DNA from: Bdellovibrionota bacterium
Lineage (GTDB): Bacteria; Bdellovibrionota_C; UBA2361; JAAYZI01
Direction of reading: 5' to 3'
Assembly: GCA_050950765.1 (NCBI GenBank)
Contig: JBMNIF010000002.1
Location: 832,001 to 896,000 of the forward strand
Length of the DNA stretch: 64,000 nt
The notes under the pieces were generated by a model. It made no database searches. It saw only the letters and a list, made by a program, of their open reading frames with translations, and was not told the DNA's origin. Position 1 is the first letter of the stretch. Every line of letters begins with the position of its first letter. Position numbers and translations under genes: made by a program. Below are positions 20,489-29,453 of this stretch, in pieces.

Positions 20489-22316
20489 CCTGAATTCCCG
20501 CGAAATTATACCATACAAACGTGTTTTTAAAGGTAGCTTTCGAGCGGTATAATCTTACTTTTTCTTAAAAATACTTTTTAGAAAGTCATCTTCTTCAATA
20601 TTGAAAATTTTCAAAATATCCTTTTGTTTTTTTGTTAACGGAACCATTAATTTACTACCATTTTTAGTTTCTATAACTTTAATTTTTTGAAGCTCTTTAA
20701 TGACATCAGGTATATTAAACTTTTTTTGCTTTGTATCATTTTTAAGTAAATTAAGAATATAACTTCTAAGTATAAGAGCTAAAAATCCAACAAAAAGTTT
20801 TCCTTCTGTGGTTTGAAGATTATGTGTTTTAAGTCTTCTAAAATCAATTTCATTTTTTAGCTGGAAAAATTGTTTTTCAATTACATCTTTTTGACGATAA
20901 CGAAAAAGTGCTTCACTCGGATTTGAATCACAACCAATACCAATCAAAATTAAGAAGCCACAATTTCTCAAGTATTCATCTATAGCTTCTGATTTTTTTT
21001 CATAAGTGAAACCATCTTCATTTATTTTAATATCAAAATATTTCCTATATTTTTTACGATCCAGCAAAGAGTACTTTAATTTTTTCAGTTCTTCTAACTC
21101 TTCTTCCATTCTAGAAATTTTCTCGTAAAATTGAACTATCTCATATGGCGCCTTTCCCATATTGTAATAAACATAAATCTTTACAGGTTGTCCCATAACA
21201 GTATCTATTACAGAACAACCAAAAGTAGAGGTTCCTTTTATATAATTAGCATCTTGCTTAATAAGTGCAGTGTGATTTTCTAATATTCTTTTAGCGTCAT
21301 TCCAATATAGTGGCAAAGGACAAAGTAGTCCAAACTTTTGCCCTTCTTCATTTGCTACTTCCGCTAAATTATCTTGCGTCACAAAACCTTGATCCGTAAC
21401 AAGGTTAATACGATTGTTAAGACTAATAAATGGAAAGTCTCTTAAAAGAAAACTAAAATATGTCTTATCTGTAATGCTGCCATTATAAACTTGATAGAAT
21501 AAAGGAAGCTTCGTTGTAGAGCCGTAGCACATACCTATATTTATTTGCGGCAATTTATCCATATCCCTATTATAGCCAAACTCCAATATACTTATTTTTT
21601 TACTATAAGAAGATATGGAAGTTACGTCATAATACCAACATTCTTGAGCTAAATATCGCTTCGTCCATTTCTTAAAAAAATTAAGTCTTTTCTCGTAGTC
21701 AATACGTTCAAAAAGACGACTTATTTTTTGACTTGTTAATTCAGAAATTTCATATGGTAAGACACTATCATCTATCCAACTTGAAGCATGTGATACTACA
21801 TTTCCATTTGCTAGAATATAAAACGCTAAAGTTAAAATCTCGTATGTGTCATTTCCAAAAATTGAAAGCAATGTCTTGTCTAACCTTAAATCTTTTACAA
21901 TCTTATTTAAAACATAAGTAAGACCAAAAGATTTATTGCTAATAACATATCTATTAGAATCATCTGGAAACAAATCATAGTAATTTCTATTAGGAATTAA
22001 TTTCTTACCGCTTTCATCTAGCTTCCCTATACCTATTTCATCAAACGTAGGCTCTCCGTTTTCACGACGAAAGTTCATCCTGTAATAGATATAAGTAGTC
22101 CCATTTTTGTTTTTCTTACGAGCAATTTGCCTATCTGGTAAGTCAACTTTTTTAGTTATTTTTTTCATAAAAAACCTCCCTAATATGTATAGGACAATCA
22201 TACCATACAAACAGGAAATGTCAATATAGAAAAATATATAACTAACTAAAATATCAATAAAAAATACGGTGGCTTATTTCTGGAATGGAGAAAAGATAAA
22301 AATTGCGGAATTTAGG
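20489..22316 (-). mobile_element. IS1634-family insertion sequence (1828 bp) with 6-bp target-site duplication
   Basis: Ends CCTGAATTCCCGC / GCGGAATTTAGG (imperfect inverted repeat); TTGTAG duplicated at 20483-20488 and 22317-22322; more AT-rich than the flanks. Confidence 0.88.
20555..22168 (-). CDS. IS1634-family DDE transposase
   Basis: YDVTSISSY, GYNRD..LPQIN, VTDQGF, YRQKDVIEKQFFQLKN; GGGAGG RBS before MKKITKK at 22168. Confidence 0.88.
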   Translation of the reverse strand: MKKITKKVDLPDRQIARKKNKNGTTYIYYRMNFRRENGEPTFDEIGIGKLDESGKKLIPNRNYYDLFPDDSNRYVISNKSFGLTYVLNKIVKDLRLDKTLLSIFGNDTYEILTLAFYILANGNVVSHASSWIDDSVLPYEISELTSQKISRLFERIDYEKRLNFFKKWTKRYLAQECWYYDVTSISSYSKKISILEFGYNRDMDKLPQINIGMCYGSTTKLPLFYQVYNGSITDKTYFSFLLRDFPFISLNNRINLVTDQGFVTQDNLAEVANEEGQKFGLLCPLPLYWNDAKRILENHTALIKQDANYIKGTSTFGCSVIDTVMGQPVKIYVYYNMGKAPYEIVQFYEKISRMEEELEELKKLKYSLLDRKKYRKYFDIKINEDGFTYEKKSEAIDEYLRNCGFLILIGIGCDSNPSEALFRYRQKDVIEKQFFQLKNEIDFRRLKTHNLQTTEGKLFVGFLALILRSYILNLLKNDTKQKKFNIPDVIKELQKIKVIETKNGSKLMVPLTKKQKDILKIFNIEEDDFLKSIFKKK

Positions 22317-22350
22317 TTGTAGTCGTTTTTTATTGAGTGGGAGAATCGAT

Positions 22351-24915
22351 ATGTTAATTCATGGATTTAAGAAGTCTATGATCTTTTTGGGTGTCTCTGT
22401 GTTTGTGTTAGGTGCTTCATCATCATCTTGGGCACTACCTTTCTCAGCAGAGTCAACTTCCAGAGAGAGCGTTAAAGTTACACGGTTAGGAGATGCTTGG
22501 ACTCCATCTACATATGCGCAGCTTACTAGAGAAAGTAGTGATTTACGTTTCCAGATAACTAAAAATGGACAGATCTTTCTCGCTTTCGTTTCAAAGGATG
22601 CGTCTATTGATGATTTAAATTGGTGTGAAGGTGATGGCGGTAACTGTGGTAACAACCTTTGTACTAATGATAAGAAACACGTCTATTGGGTTGAAAAAAC
22701 AGCAGATAAACCGGCTGTTTGTGTAAGTACCTACGGTAATAAAGATAATAAAATTGAGCTTACTGGAGATAGTTCGAATCCGAGGATCGGCGGTAGCGAA
22801 AGAGAGGGTCAAGCCGGAAGGTATGTCGCTTTTGAGACTTTTGGTTGGAATCAGTGTGAACTAGCTGCCAATGATTGTGCAATACCTGGTGCTAATCAAG
22901 ATACTTGTAAAACATATGCAAATTTTGAAAGAAACTGTACCGCAGGTAGTAGGCAGATAATTATGCACGATAGAAAGTGGGAGGAATCTTGGCTTTCAAG
23001 TGCTAAAGAGTGCGGTCTCCCTAATGATTACACGGGGATTCAAAATCAAAATGAAAAGCTTGTGGATTATACCCAATACTCGGGGGCGGGTGGTGTAATA
23101 GATACACCAGAGAAGTACGCTGCTAACCTTGCCAATCCGCAAGATTATACTCGTTACAAAGATAGCTACCTCTATGCCTTAGGAAAAGATGGTAAAAATA
23201 TCTTGTTTGCTAGTGCTGCTACACAACTTGTGGATAATACAGAACCTAAGTGTGTGGGTGGATTTTCACTAGGTGGTGCCCAGAACCCTATAAAAACGAT
23301 CTACACCAGAGATGGTAGTGGCTGTAAGCAAGGCATCTTAGGAAAATGTCAAACAAATCTAAAGTATGATAGGTATGCTTTACACGCTCATCCGAATGGT
23401 ATCACCGTTCATGATGCTGATGCTTTTCAAATTGCGATGTCTAATGATGCAGCGGATGTGATCGTTTTCGCTACGAAGTCAACTGTTCCTGTACATTATC
23501 AACCTGATCCCCTCGGATTTTCCGATATCTTCGCATGGGAAGACGAGATGTTTAGTTTGATCAGTCAAGTGCAGAGCGTTTATACCAGTGAGTTTGGAGA
23601 GGTTAGTTTAGTTAATATCGGTGGTCCAGCACACGGCAATAGTTATAACCCGACTGTAAGCTCTAATGGTAAACTGATCGCTTTTGATTCTGATGCTGAA
23701 GACCTTGTGCTTGAGCCAGTTTTAGATATTACCGGTGCAGAGACGGGAAATTATATAAACAAGAGCACAAACGGACACCGTCAGATCTTTCTCTTTAATT
23801 ATGACACCTATCGTATTGAGATGGTCAGTGTTAATCCTAACGGCAGAGCTGGTAACGGAGATAGTGAGAGACCGTTTATCAGTGCAGATGGTAGGTTTGT
23901 TGTTTTTGAAACGAGAGCTACGGATCTGATTGAGGGGATTACTACTACTCCGCATAAAAATATAGTGGTCAGAGACCGTGCCGCAAATAAGACCTACCTT
24001 GTAACGACAGGTGTTAATCCAAATTATGATGCCTCACTTGCTACGGATGAGCAGGTTGATCCCCGCACTGTGCAAGGCATAAATAATGATGCCACGATCA
24101 CTGATGTTTCTCCATCAGGGTTAACTGTTGCTTACCAGACAGTTGCAAGTGATGCCATTAACGGCGCTGTTGATAAAGCAGGTCCTGACACTAACGGTGT
24201 GCAAGATGTCTTTTTAGCGCAGAACGGTTGTCCGCGTGATACAGATGGTGATGGCACTCCGGATTGTTTAGATATGTGTCCGACAGATCCGAATAAGCAT
24301 CAAGAAGGTTACTGTGGTTGCTTTGTATCGGAAGTTGATTCTGATAATGATGGTGTTCCTGATTGTATTGATGCCTGTCCGAATGATCCGTTAAAAACAG
24401 AGGCTGGATTCTGTGGTTGCGGTGTTGAGGAAACAGATTCTGATAGCGATGGAGTTCCTGATTGTATCGATGAATGTCCGGCTAATAATCAGAAAGTTGT
24501 TGCAGGGGCTTGTGGGTGTAACGCCTTGAAAGTGGATCCAGGATACTGCGGTTGTGATGTTGAGGATGATGCAGATCTGAATGGTAACGGCAATCCGGAT
24601 TGTGTTGATCCACTCCCTGATTATAGACCGTTAGCACCGAGGATAAGAAAGGTTAAGACTTCTGTCACTACTTCGGATGTCTTCGCTACGGTAAATCCCC
24701 GTGATATCGCCGCCTATAAGAGGAAAGGAGCTAATGTTTCATATATCTTCTTTATTAGGGATACGAAGAGTGCTAAGAGTGTTAGACGTAAAACAACCAA
24801 GAGCTCTATAAAATTAGAAGGGCTGAATAACGGTGTGAGGTATTCCGTACGCTACCGAATTATTGCAGGTAGTGTAAAAACCTTGAAAGGAAGGAAAAAG
24901 AGTTTTACTAAGTAG
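22351..24915 (+). CDS. Secreted protein with TolB/PD40-like beta-propeller repeats, TSP3-like Cys-rich repeats and basic C-terminal domain
   Basis: Signal peptide (..SSSWA); PTVSSNGKLIAFDS, ISADGRFVVFET, DTNGVQDVF; repeated DxDxDGxPDCxDxCPxDPxKxxxGxCGC. The ORF-track start at 22303 lies inside the IS. Confidence 0.8.
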   Translation: MLIHGFKKSMIFLGVSVFVLGASSSSWALPFSAESTSRESVKVTRLGDAWTPSTYAQLTRESSDLRFQITKNGQIFLAFVSKDASIDDLNWCEGDGGNCGNNLCTNDKKHVYWVEKTADKPAVCVSTYGNKDNKIELTGDSSNPRIGGSEREGQAGRYVAFETFGWNQCELAANDCAIPGANQDTCKTYANFERNCTAGSRQIIMHDRKWEESWLSSAKECGLPNDYTGIQNQNEKLVDYTQYSGAGGVIDTPEKYAANLANPQDYTRYKDSYLYALGKDGKNILFASAATQLVDNTEPKCVGGFSLGGAQNPIKTIYTRDGSGCKQGILGKCQTNLKYDRYALHAHPNGITVHDADAFQIAMSNDAADVIVFATKSTVPVHYQPDPLGFSDIFAWEDEMFSLISQVQSVYTSEFGEVSLVNIGGPAHGNSYNPTVSSNGKLIAFDSDAEDLVLEPVLDITGAETGNYINKSTNGHRQIFLFNYDTYRIEMVSVNPNGRAGNGDSERPFISADGRFVVFETRATDLIEGITTTPHKNIVVRDRAANKTYLVTTGVNPNYDASLATDEQVDPRTVQGINNDATITDVSPSGLTVAYQTVASDAINGAVDKAGPDTNGVQDVFLAQNGCPRDTDGDGTPDCLDMCPTDPNKHQEGYCGCFVSEVDSDNDGVPDCIDACPNDPLKTEAGFCGCGVEETDSDSDGVPDCIDECPANNQKVVAGACGCNALKVDPGYCGCDVEDDADLNGNGNPDCVDPLPDYRPLAPRIRKVKTSVTTSDVFATVNPRDIAAYKRKGANVSYIFFIRDTKSAKSVRRKTTKSSIKLEGLNNGVRYSVRYRIIAGSVKTLKGRKKSFTK

Positions 24916-24971
24916 TTTTTTAGGGAAAAACGCTTTAGTTAAGTTTTACTAAATAGTTTTTTAGAAAAAAC
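24901..24971. repeat. 41-bp-period duplication of the gene's stop region
   Basis: AGTTTTACTAA.TAGTTTTTTAG..AAAAAC at 24901 and 24942. Confidence 0.7.
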
Positions 24972-24990
24972 TCATTTTACTTGAATAGAG

Positions 24991-25025
24991 ATGGGGGGCT
25001 GCTAAAAACAGCTCCCCATTTTTTA
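24991..25025 (+). terminator. Intrinsic terminator
   Basis: ATGGGGGGCTG-loop-CAGCTCCCCAT followed by a T run. Confidence 0.7.
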
Positions 25026-25160
25026 ATGCTCTAATATAGGTGTTCATATTTTTCTCTTTATTAAAGATCCTGTAAAATATACGGTGCTGGTCTTATTTAT
25101 CTTAGCGGGTAGTGTTGTAAAGCGGCTTGCTTAGGATGAACAAAGTATTTTTGTAAGAAA

Positions 25161-25414
25161 AAGTGGTGAGGTAAAAATGTAGTGCAAGTAGAGAGGGGAG
25201 TTTAGAAGTGGTGAGGTAAAAAAGCCGTGCAAGTGGCGGGCAAATTTAAAAGTGGTGAGGTAAAAATACTGTGCAAGTGGCGAAAGAGGCTTAAAAGTGG
25301 TGAGGTCAAAAGTGTCGTATAAGTTGAGATGGAGTTTAAAAGTGGTGAGGTCAAAATACTGTGCAAGTGACGAGGGGGCTTAAAAGTGGTGAGGTCAAAA
25401 AGCCTTGCAAGTGG
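25161..25414. repeat. Six-copy 44-45-bp degenerate tandem array
   Basis: AAGTGGTGAGGT(A/C)AAAA-N4-5-(G/T)T(GC/AT)AAGT-variable at 25161, 25206, 25250, 25295, 25340, 25384. Confidence 0.9.
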
Positions 25415-25466
25415 ATGTATCTAAATGTAATATCATAACGGTAGTTAAAATTGCTTAAAGTAAAAT

Positions 25467-26174
25467 ATGTCTAAACAAGATATGTTACAACAAGGAACCC
25501 GTTTAGTTGAGAGCTCTGAAACAGTTTCAGCTTTTTGGATTTCCACATATCCTTTTTTTGAAACGACGTTGTATGTCCTCCCTTGTGGAGAGTCGAGGGG
25601 GGAGGTTGCGCAAACGTTTTTAACATTTTTTGATCCTGACGGTGGTGTAATTAATAAAGTTAAGTTGCAACTTCCTGTTGGAGAGATTAAGAAAGTTGAT
25701 CTCAATATGTTGCTCGGATCTTGTAAGATAGAAAGTGGTTTGCGACACGCCGTTATGTTAGTGCGTTCCCCTTTGGGCACAAAACACCTTTGTCGTATTT
25801 CAAATGGGCGTAACTCTTCAGTGTGTGGCGAGTTGCAGATCTTTTCTGATGAAAGAACGGCTTTTCTTCCGCTTTCATTCTCTGAAAAGATGACCTCTTT
25901 AATCCCAATAGTAAACTTTTCAGAAAATGAAGTTAAAGTCAGGTGCGGACTTTTTTTTGGAGAAAAAAATCATAAGTTAGAAGTAACTATTCCTGCACAA
26001 GGCACTAGATTGATCAGTGTTGATGCTGAACTCTTTGAAGTTCTTGAGTTAGGAGATGATGAAAAAAAGATGGCGTATTTGAGGGTTTCAACCCGTTCCG
26101 TAGGACAGTTAGGGCTGCAAATGTTGGAGTGTCTCTCTATAAAAGAGAGCGATGAATATACGATGATATGTTAG
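25467..26174 (+). CDS. Hypothetical protein
   Basis: 235-aa ORF, first of three overlapping co-oriented ORFs. Confidence 0.7.
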   Translation: MSKQDMLQQGTRLVESSETVSAFWISTYPFFETTLYVLPCGESRGEVAQTFLTFFDPDGGVINKVKLQLPVGEIKKVDLNMLLGSCKIESGLRHAVMLVRSPLGTKHLCRISNGRNSSVCGELQIFSDERTAFLPLSFSEKMTSLIPIVNFSENEVKVRCGLFFGEKNHKLEVTIPAQGTRLISVDAELFEVLELGDDEKKMAYLRVSTRSVGQLGLQMLECLSIKESDEYTMIC

Positions 26175-26857
26175 AGAGTAGTGTTAGTTGGCTCGCTTTT
26201 TGTGTGTCGGGTCAACTTGTAAAAACGATAGTTCATTTTTTCCCTTCAGCAGGGGCGATGGGGGCTCCTTATCAAGCGCTCTGCTCGTTAACATTACTAA
26301 GGTCTGATTTTGAACCGCAAACAGTTATGGCAGAAGGTGCGCGTTTAGGACAGCCGGACGGCTTTAGGTTAGATCTGGCGTTTCCTGATTTCGCAGATTC
26401 TCAACCAGCTGCCCTTTTAATAGAGCTCTCGACCTCTCAAACGAGGCTTAATCTAGCCTCTTCTGATTGTATTATAGAATTCGTTTCGCAATTTTCCACA
26501 ATTAAGTATAGACCGAAAAAGCTTATAAATAGCGCCGTTGATATCTTCCCGATCTTGGAATTGAACGATTCTGAATTAGTAACCTCCTTAATAACTGTTA
26601 ATGTGATGGATGCTGCTGTACGTTTCCCGTTACAGACGTTAGCTGAAAAAAATGATCCGGAAATTAGTAATTTTCGTGAGCTTGCTACTTTGGAGATCCC
26701 TGCGCATTGTGCAAAGGAGTTTAAGTTAGCTGATTTTAAAACACAGCAAAAACCTGATTGTGGAGTTTATATTAGATCAGAATATGTGGGGTTGGCGCAT
26801 TATGCTATATATAGAAATAGAAAAACGCAACAGATCGTGTCGGTGGTAAGATTATGA
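26168..26857 (+). CDS. Hypothetical protein
   Basis: 229-aa ORF overlapping both neighbours. Confidence 0.7.
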   Translation: MLESSVSWLAFCVSGQLVKTIVHFFPSAGAMGAPYQALCSLTLLRSDFEPQTVMAEGARLGQPDGFRLDLAFPDFADSQPAALLIELSTSQTRLNLASSDCIIEFVSQFSTIKYRPKKLINSAVDIFPILELNDSELVTSLITVNVMDAAVRFPLQTLAEKNDPEISNFRELATLEIPAHCAKEFKLADFKTQQKPDCGVYIRSEYVGLAHYAIYRNRKTQQIVSVVRL

Positions 26858-27654
26858 AAGTAGCAGTATTCACACCATATTCGTTACTAAGTCATGAAGC
26901 GGGAGTGATTTATCTTCTCGCAAATTATCTAGCAGATCTTTATCCTGAATCTGCCGTGCGTCAATTAAAATGTAACGGTGCTTTTTCATTGTGTGGTCAC
27001 GATGCTGAAAGGGGTTGGAAGCGCAATGTTACTTCGTGTTTGTATTGTGCTGTCGGGCAGCAACGGCTAGCTACTTGGGCGGGGATTGATTCTGAGGAGT
27101 TGGCGAAGTATCTGATGCCGCAAGATGTAGAAGATACTTTGCGGTGGGGGTCTTTATTGCACGATGCAGATCTCTTAACGGCACAGTTTGGAGATCGGAT
27201 ATTATACGATTATTGTAAGGGGTCGTTTAAAGATCGTTTTGGTACGGAAAAGCCTGACCTCGACAATAAAAATCATTTACGAGTTCTTAGACGTTTATTA
27301 GTTTCCGCCGCCAGGATGTTTTTAGCTGCAGAACGTTTTTGCAAGGCGGGATCCCCCGAACACGTTTTTGTTCCGTCAGATAGTGATTTTTTAACTACGG
27401 TTTTTCTTGATTGTGCCGCACTTCATGGCGCAATTACAACAGTTTTTAAGTGGGATTTACATTCAAGGATGATGACACTTAAGGCTTCAGCTACTGATGA
27501 TGAATATACGTGTAGTTTACTTTTGGAAGATGTTACAAGTATGCGTTCAGACCCCTGCACGTGGTCCGAGGAGTTGCTCTCTGTTGTAAATGAAATACTA
27601 TCATTTTTAAAGTTGTCTGATACACAACTAACGCTCCCTTTGAGTAATATCTAA
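26854..27654 (+). CDS. Hypothetical protein, Rossmann-like start with Cys cluster; weak resemblance to N-termini of capsule-biosynthesis proteins
   Basis: MKVAVF.., CNGAFSLC..SCLYC; ATGA overlap with the upstream gene. Confidence 0.6.
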   Translation: MKVAVFTPYSLLSHEAGVIYLLANYLADLYPESAVRQLKCNGAFSLCGHDAERGWKRNVTSCLYCAVGQQRLATWAGIDSEELAKYLMPQDVEDTLRWGSLLHDADLLTAQFGDRILYDYCKGSFKDRFGTEKPDLDNKNHLRVLRRLLVSAARMFLAAERFCKAGSPEHVFVPSDSDFLTTVFLDCAALHGAITTVFKWDLHSRMMTLKASATDDEYTCSLLLEDVTSMRSDPCTWSEELLSVVNEILSFLKLSDTQLTLPLSNI

Positions 27655-27724
27655 AAGTGTCTTTAGCTTTGTAAAAGCTGTCTAGGTGGAGTGATAAAAA
27701 GTGGTGCGGGGTTAATAAGTTAGT

Positions 27725-28324
27725 TTAATCCTTGTGGGAGTACACTGAACAACTGATTCTAACAGGACATTTTTTACATTTTTGTGGTTGTGGTGTTGCT
27801 ATCGCCTTACTCTTCTTTTGAAGAATGTTTTGCATTTCATCAATGATCCCTTGTAACCAAGCCTGTTTTTCAGGGGTGTTCTGTATTTTTACACGACGGC
27901 GATTTTGTCCGATGATAAGATAGCCATAAGGTGGCCTCTTCCCTTCAAACTCTTCTACAAGGCGCATATGAACAAGTAGTTGAGCGACGTAGCGATCACG
28001 TATTTTTTTGCCTAACGGTTTATGTTCTATCGGGATGATATAACCGTTTTCGCTGATGAGGGCATCAGGCTTTCCTGAAAGGAGCTGCATATCTGAGACG
28101 TAACTCCGCGGCTTTAAAGAATCAGATCCTGTTGGTTTAAGACTCTCTTTTAACTCTTGTTGTGGTAGCCCCGTCTCTTGGCGTTTCTTTTTTGCTGCCA
28201 TGCTTATGGCATCAAGGACAATTACGATACAAGATAAAAGTATAACCGCGATAGCAACGGAGATGTCACAATTAGCTATATCAACCAGTAGATCATAGAG
28301 GTAGTTTTTTATCTGGTCGTGCAT
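27725..28324 (-). CDS. Cas4-like PD-(D/E)XK nuclease core with N-terminal membrane anchor (C-terminal half)
   Basis: TM ISVAIAVILLSCIVIVL then KKKR; LSGKPD, IPIEHK, AQLLVH, GYL, KCKKCPVRISC. Confidence 0.8.
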   Translation of the reverse strand: MHDQIKNYLYDLLVDIANCDISVAIAVILLSCIVIVLDAISMAAKKKRQETGLPQQELKESLKPTGSDSLKPRSYVSDMQLLSGKPDALISENGYIIPIEHKPLGKKIRDRYVAQLLVHMRLVEEFEGKRPPYGYLIIGQNRRRVKIQNTPEKQAWLQGIIDEMQNILQKKSKAIATPQPQKCKKCPVRISCSVYSHKD

Positions 28325-28331
28325 GGCAAGG

Positions 28332-28598
28332 TTATCTCACTGAAAACCGTATAGCGAAAAACAGAACGGTTAAAATAAAGAGTATAATAAGAAGGATAAT
28401 ACTACGTGAAAATTTATTAGCCTCATCCAAAGTTTTCTTCCACTCCTTGTGTAAACGAATACCTTCATCAATACCTTTGGTGTGGATTATAGTTGTTTCT
28501 TCTTCCTTGCTTAGTCGCCAAGATTCGGGACAGACTGTGTAGGTGGCGATCTCTCCAGCAGATAAGATGTATTTTCCAAACTCATTAAGTTTTGCCAA
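28332..28598 (-). CDS. Small protein resembling the Cas4 N-terminal segment, with C-terminal membrane anchor
   Basis: LSAGEIATYTVCPESWRL, GIRLH, then IILLIILFILTVLFFAI; AGGGAGG RBS before the TTG start. Confidence 0.72.
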   Translation of the reverse strand: MAKLNEFGKYILSAGEIATYTVCPESWRLSKEEETTIIHTKGIDEGIRLHKEWKKTLDEANKFSRSIILLIILFILTVLFFAIRFSVR

Positions 28599-28637
28599 AT
28601 TTTTTTCCTCCCTATTTTTTTAGCTCTACCCTTTAAT

Positions 28638-29144
28638 TTAACTGTTACGAATCTTTTCTAAAAGGGTCTTAAATATTTCAGGCAATGTGGTCGGTTTACG
28701 TGTACGTGGAGATGAGGTGTTATAAGAGCTCCCGTGCAAAGGTCGTAGGTCGGGCGCGTGTAAGATCTCATCTTGTCTAGAATCACAGATCGGAATATGC
28801 GCCGTCTCAATAGAATATTGAGCTTCGGGAGCCTGATTGTTGGTTACTCTCCAAAAAGCGTACCGTGCACACGCTGTTAAAAATTCGCACAGTAGTAAAA
28901 ATCTACCGTCTTCTTCCCTATGGATACTTAATGAGATATCGTGGTTTTGTTCTAGCAAAAATATATCTTCAAATGTTTCAATCCACATCTTTTTAGCGCG
29001 ATATGCTGAAAGTTCATCGGAATAAATTCCGTGTAGGGTGATATTTTCTGTGTCAAAGCTGACACCGTCAATAAATGTTGGTTGTGGCGGCTGAGATACA
29101 TTACTAAAATCAGGCGTTTCAGTTAACATGATGATATAACTCAC
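28638..29144 (-). CDS. Hypothetical protein
   Basis: 168-aa ORF co-oriented with and 39 bp upstream of the split Cas4-like pair. Confidence 0.65.
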   Translation of the reverse strand: MSYIIMLTETPDFSNVSQPPQPTFIDGVSFDTENITLHGIYSDELSAYRAKKMWIETFEDIFLLEQNHDISLSIHREEDGRFLLLCEFLTACARYAFWRVTNNQAPEAQYSIETAHIPICDSRQDEILHAPDLRPLHGSSYNTSSPRTRKPTTLPEIFKTLLEKIRNS

Positions 29145-29171
29145 AAAAAATAAAAAAACCTACTATTTCCC

Positions 29172-29198
29172 TCATCGACATTTTATAAATATCTCTTA
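29172..29198 (-). promoter_or_regulatory. sigma28-like promoter
   Basis: Minus strand TAAG-N15-GTCGATGA, ~30 bp upstream of 29144. Confidence 0.45.
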
Positions 29199-29453
29199 AC
29201 GATTTTGCGCCAAGTATTTTTTATTAGTAAAAACAATATGTTAGAAGATTTCGCAGCTTCTCTTGAGGCATTCTCAAAATAATATTGGTGTGTTATAGCT
29301 AAGGATGGGGTACTAACCCTTAGCCCGCATTGTACGGTAATGACTTGGTATAACGGATGTTGCTATGCAGATTTCGCGACATAGGTAAACGCAGTTAATA
29401 CTTTGAGATGCGTTAGGTGTGCGGAGCTTACGAAGGATAATTAGGAGAAAATA

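Noticed and set aside
22303..22350. ORF-track N-terminal extension of the secreted protein
   Set aside because: It starts inside the IS end; ATG 22351 has a purine-rich RBS and gives a normal signal peptide
25161..25414. CRISPR array linked to the Cas4-like genes
   Set aside because: The 44-45-bp period leaves only ~10-12 variable nt, and the variable parts resemble one another
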